Below are positions 25,202 to 32,000 of a stretch of DNA of 32,000 nucleotides, in pieces. The notes under the pieces are model-generated. The model did no database searches and was not told the DNA's origin. It saw only the letters and a program-made list of their open reading frames with translations. Source of the stretch: Thermodesulfobacteriota bacterium. GTDB taxonomy: Bacteria; Desulfobacterota; WTBG01; JAGOGO01. The position numbers and the translations under genes are program-made. How positions within the stretch are numbered: the first letter of the stretch is position 1; each line of letters starts with the position of its first letter. The DNA is taken from contig CP113000.1 of NCBI GenBank assembly GCA_026625185.1, positions 2,325,622 through 2,357,621 on the forward strand, read 5' to 3'.

Positions 25202-25986
25202 TTCCCCTCCTCCTCTCGGCGAAGTTCATCGCGAAGCTTGCCGAATGCTATCGCGAGGAATCCCTCGACCTCTCTTTCGCCCAGTACGTGGTCGCGTGCA
25301 TGCGCGTTGAACCAGCCAGCAGCGAAGGACTGCGTAATCTTGGCCGTTTCAAACGCGTGCTTTGATACATCGTCAACATGCGACTTGACATCATGCTGGA
25401 ACTGATTCCGTTGTTGAAGTGATGGAAAAATAGCGGAAGCCACCCTGTCCAGGAAATAGTTGAGATAGCGTTCAGTCAGTCTGCCGAAGAAGAGACGGCT
25501 GAGTTCACAGAAACCAGACCCGGTCCCAAGACGGCGCCAGGATTCAAGGAATTCGCTTGTTGGTTTGAACAGTGGGAGTTGTTTAGTGGCGTTGTCCTTG
25601 TACCATTTTCCGAGAGCATCGGCCGCTGCAGCAAGCGCAAGTTGCCCATACTCGGACGCGGCCTTATCCATGGGCATCTGTTGCCTTAGGGCCTTGACAA
25701 TTGAAAGCAGAGTCGGCTCATCGGGAAGAGAAACACCGGTCGCTTTGAGTTCGCCTATGGGATCGTCAAACCGACATGCATGGGAGAAAACCACCAAGAA
25801 GGTAAAAACCGTCTTGACCGCATCGTCCCGGGAAAGGCTCTCGTACTGACGGCGGACATTCTGAAGTGTTTGGGCTGCTACAGTTTCGACAGGAATGCCA
25901 TCAGCGTACATCGACCTCATTTTCTTAACGAGGTCGACCCATTTCTGCGTCTTTTGCGGAAGCGATGAGACTCTCTCGTGTCCCAT
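25198..25986 (-). CDS. hypothetical 262-aa helical protein, translationally coupled partner of the QueC-like fusion
   Basis: AGAGG SD 7 nt before the ATG. The stop overlaps the downstream start (ATGA, 25198-25201). It starts Met-Gly. No motif recognised. Confidence 0.7.
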   Translation of the reverse strand: MGHERVSSLPQKTQKWVDLVKKMRSMYADGIPVETVAAQTLQNVRRQYESLSRDDAVKTVFTFLVVFSHACRFDDPIGELKATGVSLPDEPTLLSIVKALRQQMPMDKAASEYGQLALAAAADALGKWYKDNATKQLPLFKPTSEFLESWRRLGTGSGFCELSRLFFGRLTERYLNYFLDRVASAIFPSLQQRNQFQHDVKSHVDDVSKHAFETAKITQSFAAGWFNAHARDHVLGEREVEGFLAIAFGKLRDELRREEEGK

Positions 25987-26119
25987 GTTTTACCTCTTTT
26001 CCATCCCGGTTTCCTCCAGGCCAACGTTGCAGATCACTGGCCCCCAGGGGCAGGAAAGTATTTAACTTAGCATTGCCCTGGGGTCGAGATGCATTCGCTC
26101 GTTATACAACTCTTTTGTT

Positions 26120-26416
26120 TTAGGGTTTAATCTGCTTTGTTTTTGATAAGTTCGTTACTTTGACATTTATACCTTTGTGATGAACACGCTTCATTGCCAT
26201 TTCCATGTCATTTTGAGGAACACGAAGAATTTTATTTTTATTCATTTGCGTTTTAAGCCGGAAAAGTGCTTGATCTATTTTCTGAGCAGTGCCACCACGT
26301 TCAACTTCAATTGTTGACTTCCCTCGGATTGCATCAAGGCGACGTTTACCAGGAATAGGCACTTCTGTTCGTGCAGCACTTCCCTTTCCTTTCTTATGTG
26401 ACTTACTTTCAGGCAT
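26120..26416 (-). CDS. hypothetical basic 98-aa protein
   Basis: The internal ATG at 26416 has AAGGAG 6 nt upstream, and I prefer it to the track start at 26524. Sequence MPESKSHKKGKGS...RRLDAIRGKSTIEVERGG (possible D-x9-E-x-E hairpin). Confidence 0.5.
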   Translation of the reverse strand: MPESKSHKKGKGSAARTEVPIPGKRRLDAIRGKSTIEVERGGTAQKIDQALFRLKTQMNKNKILRVPQNDMEMAMKRVHHKGINVKVTNLSKTKQIKP

Positions 26417-26690
26417 AATATCTCCTTTTATTGGCTGTATAAACACCCCTATTAAAATCTCCAATTGAGCTGATTGGTCTCCGCCCCAAAACAAAAAAGG
26501 CCTCTCCCCCTTTTTTTCAGGCAATCGGCCTTCTTTTATTCTAATTAAATTTTAAAACCTTTTCCCTTGCTACCATTTTGAATAAAACCCCTTTTGGTTT
26601 TTATTGTTATTTTTTCTATAGTTACTCCTTAAGAGAAAAAAAGTCAATCAGAAGACTAATCTATTCGTTTTAATTGCTCTTTTTCAGGAA

Positions 26691-26716
26691 ATAAAAAACC
26701 CCGCATTTCTGCGGGG
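26691..26716 (-). terminator. Rho-independent terminator downstream of the 94-aa gene
   Basis: The minus strand reads CCCCGCA-GAAA-TGCGGGG followed by TTTTTTAT, about 95 nt after the stop at 26811. Confidence 0.7.
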
Positions 26717-26810
26717 TTTCGGGATGAAGGAAATGGAGGATTTTCATCCTCTGGTTAAAGATTACCAAATCTTAAAAGCTTCTGTCAACAGAGGTCGTGA
26801 TTTTCATACC

Positions 26811-27095
26811 TTAATATTCCTCAGGGAATAAAACCGTGGTTGCAGACCTGTCTGCCTCCGTAATAACCCATATTTTCTCCCCTTGGTGCTCGTAGGCCGA
26901 GAGGATCCGGAAGCCTTCCTTCAGCGACAGCTCGTTCTCTTGTTTATCCTCCTGGCATAAATCACCCCAATCACCTTTGGCGTGTCTCTTCAGAGACTCC
27001 CAGACAAATTTGGCAACCCCCCCATTATCCACCACTTTGTCGTTTACACCTCGAGTCATCACAACCTGTCCTAATCGGAATTTGGGTGTTCCCAT
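26811..27095 (-). CDS. conserved small plasmid/MGE-associated protein (GDWGDL...ITEADRS.TT.L.PEEY family)
   Basis: RHAKGDWGDLCQEDKQENELSLKEGFRILSAYEHQGEKIWVITEADRSATTVLFPEEY matches a widespread small family I recall from plasmids and ICEs. Its function is unknown to me. GGAGG upstream. Confidence 0.7.
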   Translation of the reverse strand: MGTPKFRLGQVVMTRGVNDKVVDNGGVAKFVWESLKRHAKGDWGDLCQEDKQENELSLKEGFRILSAYEHQGEKIWVITEADRSATTVLFPEEY

Positions 27096-27274
27096 TTCAC
27101 CACCACCTCCTTTTTTGCATTTTTAAAGAACAAAATGTTTTGTAATTACAGTGACTTAGAAAACAGGAAGGACTGATTGAAGGGTAGCAACCAGAGGAAA
27201 TTTGTCAAGTCATTACAATTAGTTATAAAATATCCACTGTTTTTATAACAGCTCTATTAAAAATTTTTATTTTC

Positions 27275-27283
27275 TGTTATAAT
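27275..27283 (+). promoter_or_regulatory. candidate extended -10 promoter (TGtTATAAT) for the methyltransferase gene
   Basis: Exact TATAAT at 27278-27283 with TG at 27275-27276, 109 nt upstream of ATG 27392. No good -35 box. Confidence 0.35.
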
Positions 27284-27391
27284 GAATAAAGTACAATTTA
27301 TTAAGAGGTTATTCTTGTTTACTATGAACAATCTCCATTCTGACGATCAATCGATAGCCAAAGGTTAAATAATCCACAAGAAACCAATACT

Positions 27392-28972
27392 ATGCCTTCA
27401 GACAAAACACAAAAGAGTGGTCTGCCCTTTGGAAGCGAATTTCCTCCTTCCCAAGTCGAACCGGCTGTCTTCCCGGAAATGGTTCAATTACTTGAACGTT
27501 TCGATACGGTACGCAAAGAGGTAGGGCAGCAGACAAGCCAAAAACGCAAAGCTGAGCTTGGGCAGTTTATGACCCCCTTAACGGTTGCCCGCTTTATGGC
27601 ATCTCTTTTTTCGCCTTCAACCCTGCAGACAGCACGACTTCTCGATGCTGGCGCAGGGATAGGCTCACTATCAGGGGCTTTTTTGGCTCGCGCAGCCTCA
27701 GGTGGTTTCCGTTTTCAGCATATCCAAATTGTCGCTTATGAGATCGACGCCAGTTTACGAAAGCATTTGTCCCGAACATTGACAGGTTACCAAAGTGGAC
27801 TTGATGTAGATATTTCTGTGTTGCCTAGCGACTTTATTGAAGAAGCAGTAAGGTGCATTCTTGAAGGGACACAACGCTTTACTCATGCGATCTTAAACCC
27901 CCCTTATAAGAAGATTAATAGCGCGTCTCGTCATCGGCTTTTGCTTCGTAGCGTCGGCATTGAGACGGTCAACCTATATTCCGCTTTTGTCGCGCTCACA
28001 ATCGAACTCATGCAACCAGGCAGTCAAGTTGTTGCAATTATACCCCGCAGTTTTTGCAATGGCCCTTACTATAGGCCATTCCGCGAGCTTATCCTCGCCA
28101 AGACAGCGATCAAACACATACACTTGTTCGCCGCGCGCAATCGAGCCTTCAAAGATGATGACGTTTTACAGGAAAACATTATCATCCTGCTTGAACGAGC
28201 TACTCCGCAGGGAAGTGTTACCATTTCCACGTCGACAGACGACAGTTTTACCGATTCCGAAATCCATATTCACCCATTCGATCGTATCGTTTTCCCGAAT
28301 GACCCGGAACATTTTATCCACATTCCAACCTCGCCCGAACGCAACCAGAACGAATTTCTCTCAACTATCCAATATAGCCTTACTGATCTTGGCCTTGAAG
28401 TGTCCACGGGGCCAGTCGTGGATTTCAGACTTAAACCCCACCTGCGACAAATGCCCAAGCCTGGCACTGTACCACTTCTCTATCCGAGGCACTTCTCCGG
28501 GCAGTCAATTGACTGGCCGAAGCAGGGCATTAAGAAACCCAATGCCATACGTAGGAATCAAGAAACCGAAAAGTGGCTTTATCCGAACGGCTGTTATGTT
28601 GTAGTCAGGCGGTTTTCGTCAAAAGAAGAGAAGCGTCGGATCGTGGCGAGTGTCGTTAATCCAGAAATCTTTAGTACCCCCATGCTTGGTTTCGAAAATC
28701 ATCTCAATATTTTTCACTCCCGGAAACGAGGAATATCAGAAAACCTTGCTCGCGGTTTGTCGGTATTCTTAAATTCCACGCTGGTTGACGAGCAATTCCG
28801 TCGTTTTAGTGGACATACCCAGGTTAACGCAACCGACTTGCGTTTACTAAAATATCCCAGCCGTGACGCATTGACTCATCTCGGCCCTTGGGCAAAGAAG
28901 CAACGCGATCTTACTCAACAGAAAATAGATGAAAAAATAAAAAAACTCATATGCCAGAATACGAAAATATAA
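27392..28972 (+). CDS. gamma-class N6-adenine DNA methyltransferase, M.PstI/M.BsuBI-like (Eco57I-type MTase domain)
   Basis: Motif I LLDAGAGIGSLSGAF and motif IV AILNPPYKK. The size (526 aa) and the adjacent PstI/BsuBI-type endonuclease are consistent with this call. Confidence 0.8.
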   Translation: MPSDKTQKSGLPFGSEFPPSQVEPAVFPEMVQLLERFDTVRKEVGQQTSQKRKAELGQFMTPLTVARFMASLFSPSTLQTARLLDAGAGIGSLSGAFLARAASGGFRFQHIQIVAYEIDASLRKHLSRTLTGYQSGLDVDISVLPSDFIEEAVRCILEGTQRFTHAILNPPYKKINSASRHRLLLRSVGIETVNLYSAFVALTIELMQPGSQVVAIIPRSFCNGPYYRPFRELILAKTAIKHIHLFAARNRAFKDDDVLQENIIILLERATPQGSVTISTSTDDSFTDSEIHIHPFDRIVFPNDPEHFIHIPTSPERNQNEFLSTIQYSLTDLGLEVSTGPVVDFRLKPHLRQMPKPGTVPLLYPRHFSGQSIDWPKQGIKKPNAIRRNQETEKWLYPNGCYVVVRRFSSKEEKRRIVASVVNPEIFSTPMLGFENHLNIFHSRKRGISENLARGLSVFLNSTLVDEQFRRFSGHTQVNATDLRLLKYPSRDALTHLGPWAKKQRDLTQQKIDEKIKKLICQNTKI

Positions 28973-29910
28973 AAAGCGTTCTCCAGATCCTCGAACTTCT
29001 CGGTCTTCCCCGCGCACAAAGAAACGAGCGCTCCGCGCTCTGTTTGCTGGCCCTGCTGAATCTTACGCCTAAAAAGACCTGGGCGCAGGCTGAAAGCCCG
29101 CTTGTAGGCATCACACCCATGATGGATTTTAGCCGCAAGCACTACGGCAAGGAATATGCCCCCAACACGCGGGAAACTTTCCGCCGCCAGACAATGCACC
29201 AGTTTATGCAGGCAGGGATAGCGCTATACAACCCCGACAAACCCGATAGGCCGGTCAACAGCCCCAAAGCTGTTTACCAAATCTTGCCCGAAACGCTTGC
29301 CTTACTGAAAACCTATGGTACTAATCAATGGGAGCCCTCGCTAAGGCGGTACCTTTCGACAAGAAAAACCCTTGCCCAGCGCTACGCCAAAGATCGTAAG
29401 CAGACTTTAATACCCGTACAAATTGCACCAGGTAAACAAATCCATATCAGCCCGGGTGAACACAGCGAGCTTATCAAGGCAATTGTCGAGGACTTCGCGC
29501 CACGCTTCGCACCTGGCGCCACATTAGTCTATGTTGGGGACACGGGGGAGAAGTGGAGCTATTTCGATAGAGAACTATTGATCAAGATAGGCCTGACGGT
29601 TGATTCACACGGCAAAATGCCGGACGTTGTTCTCTATTATGGCAAGAGGAATTGGCTTTTACTGGTCGAATCCGTAACTAGTCACGGCCCGGTCGATGGG
29701 AAACGCCACGAAGAGCTGGCAAAGTTGTTTTCCAGCACATCTGCGGGTTTAGTATATGTCACGGCTTTTCCTTCCCGTTCAATCACTGCCCGTTATCTTA
29801 GTGAAATAGCCTGGGAAACGGAGGTATGGGTTGCGGAGTCACCTTCACACCTGATCCATTTCAACGGGGAGAAGTTTTTAGGGCCTTATAGCGAAAAGTC
29901 TGCCGGGTAA
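28951..29910 (+). CDS. type II restriction endonuclease, BsuBI/PstI family
   Basis: The 319-aa C-terminal core MPDVVLYYGKRNWLLLVESVTSHGPVDGKRHEEL matches the BsuBI_PstI_RE signature as I recall it. It overlaps the MTase gene by 22 nt. Confidence 0.75.
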   Translation: MPEYENIKSVLQILELLGLPRAQRNERSALCLLALLNLTPKKTWAQAESPLVGITPMMDFSRKHYGKEYAPNTRETFRRQTMHQFMQAGIALYNPDKPDRPVNSPKAVYQILPETLALLKTYGTNQWEPSLRRYLSTRKTLAQRYAKDRKQTLIPVQIAPGKQIHISPGEHSELIKAIVEDFAPRFAPGATLVYVGDTGEKWSYFDRELLIKIGLTVDSHGKMPDVVLYYGKRNWLLLVESVTSHGPVDGKRHEELAKLFSSTSAGLVYVTAFPSRSITARYLSEIAWETEVWVAESPSHLIHFNGEKFLGPYSEKSAG

Positions 29911-30341
29911 GGAAATGGCAGTGAAGTTGGCATAAACGATTCTTTTCCCCGAGGTGATCTCCAATATCCCTTCAACCAAACTTTCTAAAATGACTTCAAA
30001 ATGCTTTTTAATCGCGAGTAGTTCCCTGGTAGCTTCTCGGAGAAAGGTGCTTTCCGTTCCTTTTATTTCTTCCCCTTCAAAAGCTTTTTTACGATTTTAA
30101 CACGAAAAGTAAAAATATCAAAAATATTAATGGCTTTAAGGGATATGGGTAGGCTTTCCCTGCCATCCGTCCTTGTCTCTATACAGGCATTTTTCCTTTA
30201 AGCCAATAAATGGCTACAGCCTATCGCAACTGACTAAAAACTCAAGGGAAAAATTTGCTATACCTCTATCGCTTTTTCTTTATTTTTCTCACGCTCTGTG
30301 CTAATTGTGTGGCCTGAAAAATTATTTTTCTTGACGGGGTG

Positions 30342-30467
30342 ATGGATCATGTAAAGATAGTGGGTATTTGGATTCGGGTCTTCACTGAAGATCAGGCCAA
30401 GGGCGAAAGCCCGGAACACCATAAAAGGCGTGCCCGATTTTATGACCAATCAAAAAGAAGGAAATGA
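30342..30467 (+). pseudogene. serine recombinase N-terminal stub (41 codons) with catalytic Ser replaced by Phe
   Basis: My translation is MDHVKIVGIWIRVFTEDQAKGESPEHHKRRARFYDQSKRRK*. Compare the consensus (Y/C)xRVSTxxQ...G.S.E.Q......YA. TTC stands where TCC/TCN Ser is expected. The track instead lists an antisense 63-aa ORF. Confidence 0.5.
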
Positions 30468-30638
30468 GAGAGATTGAGCATTTTGAGTCAGGAATAAACT
30501 GGTGTCCAAATAGTGTCCATGAGAGAGCTAAAATGGGGTAAAAAGACCTGACAGAATCTAAAACAGAAACAATAAAAAAATATTTTTAAAACAATAAGTT
30601 AGATAAATATTTGCCTATATTCGATAACTTGCAAAAGT

Positions 30639-30688
<50 letters not shown>

Positions 30689-30702
30689 TGTGTTTTTAAT
30701 TT

Positions 30703-31854
30703 ATGTTAAAAACTAATACGTTGTCAAGTAAAAGCCCGTTAAGTTTTTATCATCAAAAGGACGCCTTCTTCTGGCTCTGTCTTGGCCAGGTTCCCGGAGT
30801 AGGCAATATTATTTATAACCGGCTAATTAAAAAGTTTAAAACCCCGGAAAAAGTTTTTCACGCCTCGCCGGAGGAGCTAAAAAAAATTGAAGGGCTTCGC
30901 TCCCAAACGATTGAGGCAGTCGTTGCTTTCAAAGATAACGATTGGGCAAAAAAAGAATTGGACCAGATCGAAAAACAGGGGATTACCTTTTTAACCTTAC
31001 AGGATGAGCGGTTCCCTCGAAATCTAAAAGAAATTTATGACCCCCCGCCTTTTTTATATGTTAAAGGAGAGCTTTGGGAAAAAGGCCACCTCTCCATAGC
31101 AATGGTCGGCTCCCGAAACGCATCATCCTATGGAAAGACAATTACCAAACGTCTTTCCCGAGCCTTGGCCGAACGAGGATTCACGATTGTGAGTGGTTTA
31201 GCAAGAGGGATTGATACCTGTGCCCATAAAGGCGCTCTGGAAGGGGGGGGGAGGACGTTGGCCGTGCTTGGATCCGGCATCGACCTCATCTATCCTTGGG
31301 AGAATAAGGGACTGGCTGAAGAAATTACTCGCCACGGGGCTATTATATCGGAATTTCCTTTGGGGACTCAACCCGAAGCAATCAATTTCCCTCCCCGAAA
31401 TCGAATCATCAGCGGTCTTTCTTTAGGAACCGTTATCGTGGAAGCCTCCTTTCGGAGCGGTTCCCTGGTCACCGCTCGGATGGCCTTAGAACAAGGAAGA
31501 GATGTTTTTGCGGTTCCCGGCAATGTTGATTCTCCCTGGAGCAAGGGAACGAACCGCTTGATCAAAGAAGGGGCGAAACTTATTATGGACCCGGAGGATA
31601 TTATCGATGAGGTGATGCCCCAATACAAAGCGCCAATAACCTCCGGGCAAGAGAAACCTCCGGAGACAAAGGGATTAACGCCTGAAGGTCAAAAAATTTT
31701 TGACCTGCTCGACAGTAATCCCCTGCATATTGACCACCTCATCCAACACAGCGGGCTGCAACCCAATCTGGTTTCGAGCCTGCTCCTTGAGTTAGAAATC
31801 AATGGATTGGTAAAACAACTACTTGGAAAAATGTTTATTAAATGTGAGCGTTAA
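30703..31854 (+). CDS. dprA: DNA processing protein DprA (Smf)
   Basis: MVGSRNASSYG...IVSGLARGIDTCAHKGALEGGGRTLAVLGSGIDLIYPWEN...PPRNRIISGLS...VVEA..RSGSL.TA. Classical dprA-topA synteny. Confidence 0.9.
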   Translation: MLKTNTLSSKSPLSFYHQKDAFFWLCLGQVPGVGNIIYNRLIKKFKTPEKVFHASPEELKKIEGLRSQTIEAVVAFKDNDWAKKELDQIEKQGITFLTLQDERFPRNLKEIYDPPPFLYVKGELWEKGHLSIAMVGSRNASSYGKTITKRLSRALAERGFTIVSGLARGIDTCAHKGALEGGGRTLAVLGSGIDLIYPWENKGLAEEITRHGAIISEFPLGTQPEAINFPPRNRIISGLSLGTVIVEASFRSGSLVTARMALEQGRDVFAVPGNVDSPWSKGTNRLIKEGAKLIMDPEDIIDEVMPQYKAPITSGQEKPPETKGLTPEGQKIFDLLDSNPLHIDHLIQHSGLQPNLVSSLLLELEINGLVKQLLGKMFIKCER

Positions 31855-31858
31855 AAGC

Positions 31859-32000
31859 ATGGCAGAATCTTTACTCATTGTTGAATCACCCACAAAAGTT
31901 AAAACCATTAATAAATTCTTAGGGGAAAAATTTCAGGTTATGGCCTGCATGGGACATGTCCGAGGACTTCCCAGCCGGTCAGGTTCGGTGGACATACAGA
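31859..32000 (+). CDS. topA: DNA topoisomerase I, N-terminal Toprim start (runs off the right edge)
   Basis: My translation is MAESLLIVESPTKVKTINKFLGEKFQVMACMGHVRGLPSRSGSVDIQ. IVESPxKxKTI and GH(V/I)RDLP are TopA hallmarks. Confidence 0.85.
   Translation, partial: MAESLLIVESPTKVKTINKFLGEKFQVMACMGHVRGLPSRSGSVDIQ

Larger units (their letters stand above)
16873..30638. mobile_element. ~13.8-kb accessory/defence island, probably a decayed integrative element
   Basis: Bounded by the two tRNA-Thr fragments. Its content is exclusively accessory: Gabija-like pair, QueC-like cassette, R-M, intron remnant and recombinase stub. It looks GC-richer by eye than the flanks (not computed). Confidence 0.55.

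Noticed and set aside
26417-26524. 36-codon N-terminal extension of the 98-aa protein (track ORF 26120..26524)
   Set aside because: The internal ATG at 26416 has a near-consensus AAGGAG at ideal spacing. The extension has none and encodes implausible sequence.
12859-27628. Possible avoidance of the PstI site CTGCAG as support for the R-M specificity
   Set aside because: CTGCAG occurs at least at 12859, 24198, 25626 and 27623, the last inside the MTase gene itself. No avoidance is evident, and specificity cannot be inferred this way.
27960-28604. 214-aa plus-strand ORF nested out of frame in the methyltransferase gene
   Set aside because: Alternative-frame translation of a motif-supported CDS; its Ser/Arg/Pro-rich composition is typical of off-frame ORFs.
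30258-30449. 63-aa minus-strand ORF
   Set aside because: The opposite strand encodes a recognisable serine-recombinase N-terminal motif. The minus-strand ORF has no features and is probably its shadow.

Overview
32-kb bacterial chromosomal window; GC looks mid-40s % by eye and the taxon cannot be assigned from sequence alone. It has three blocks. (1) 1-16.5 kb, all minus strand: an exopolysaccharide/O-antigen-type locus. It encodes a WbpP-like epimerase, an Fcl-like GDP-fucose synthase, a Wzy/O-antigen-ligase-like membrane protein with a TPR tail, a CpsB-type PHP tyrosine phosphatase, a Wzc-like PCP/BY-kinase, a Wza-like exporter and an outer-membrane beta-barrel. Regulators are interleaved: an HD-GYP response regulator, a TadZ/CpaE-like ATPase, a NusG paralogue and a hybrid GAF-PAS histidine kinase. 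(2) About 16.87-30.64 kb: a ~13.8-kb accessory defence island that appears to split a tRNA-Thr(CGU) gene in its T arm. It carries a DnaG-like protein with a degenerate Toprim domain, two orphan genes, a group II intron 5' remnant and a Gabija-like OLD-nuclease/UvrD-helicase pair. It also carries a translationally coupled two-gene cassette whose main protein fuses a QueC-like PP-loop enzyme to a PD-(D/E)xK-type domain; this is my best candidate for an undescribed system. The island ends with small orphan genes, a PstI/BsuBI-like R-M pair and a serine-recombinase stub. (3) 30.7-32 kb: dprA and the start of topA. Two further patterns overlie block 1. Degenerate heptanucleotide tandem arrays (STRR-like) fill one 300-nt intergenic region and sit in frame inside three conserved genes. 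G/C homopolymers of 9-10 nt occur across the window. No CRISPR array, rRNA or intact tRNA was seen.
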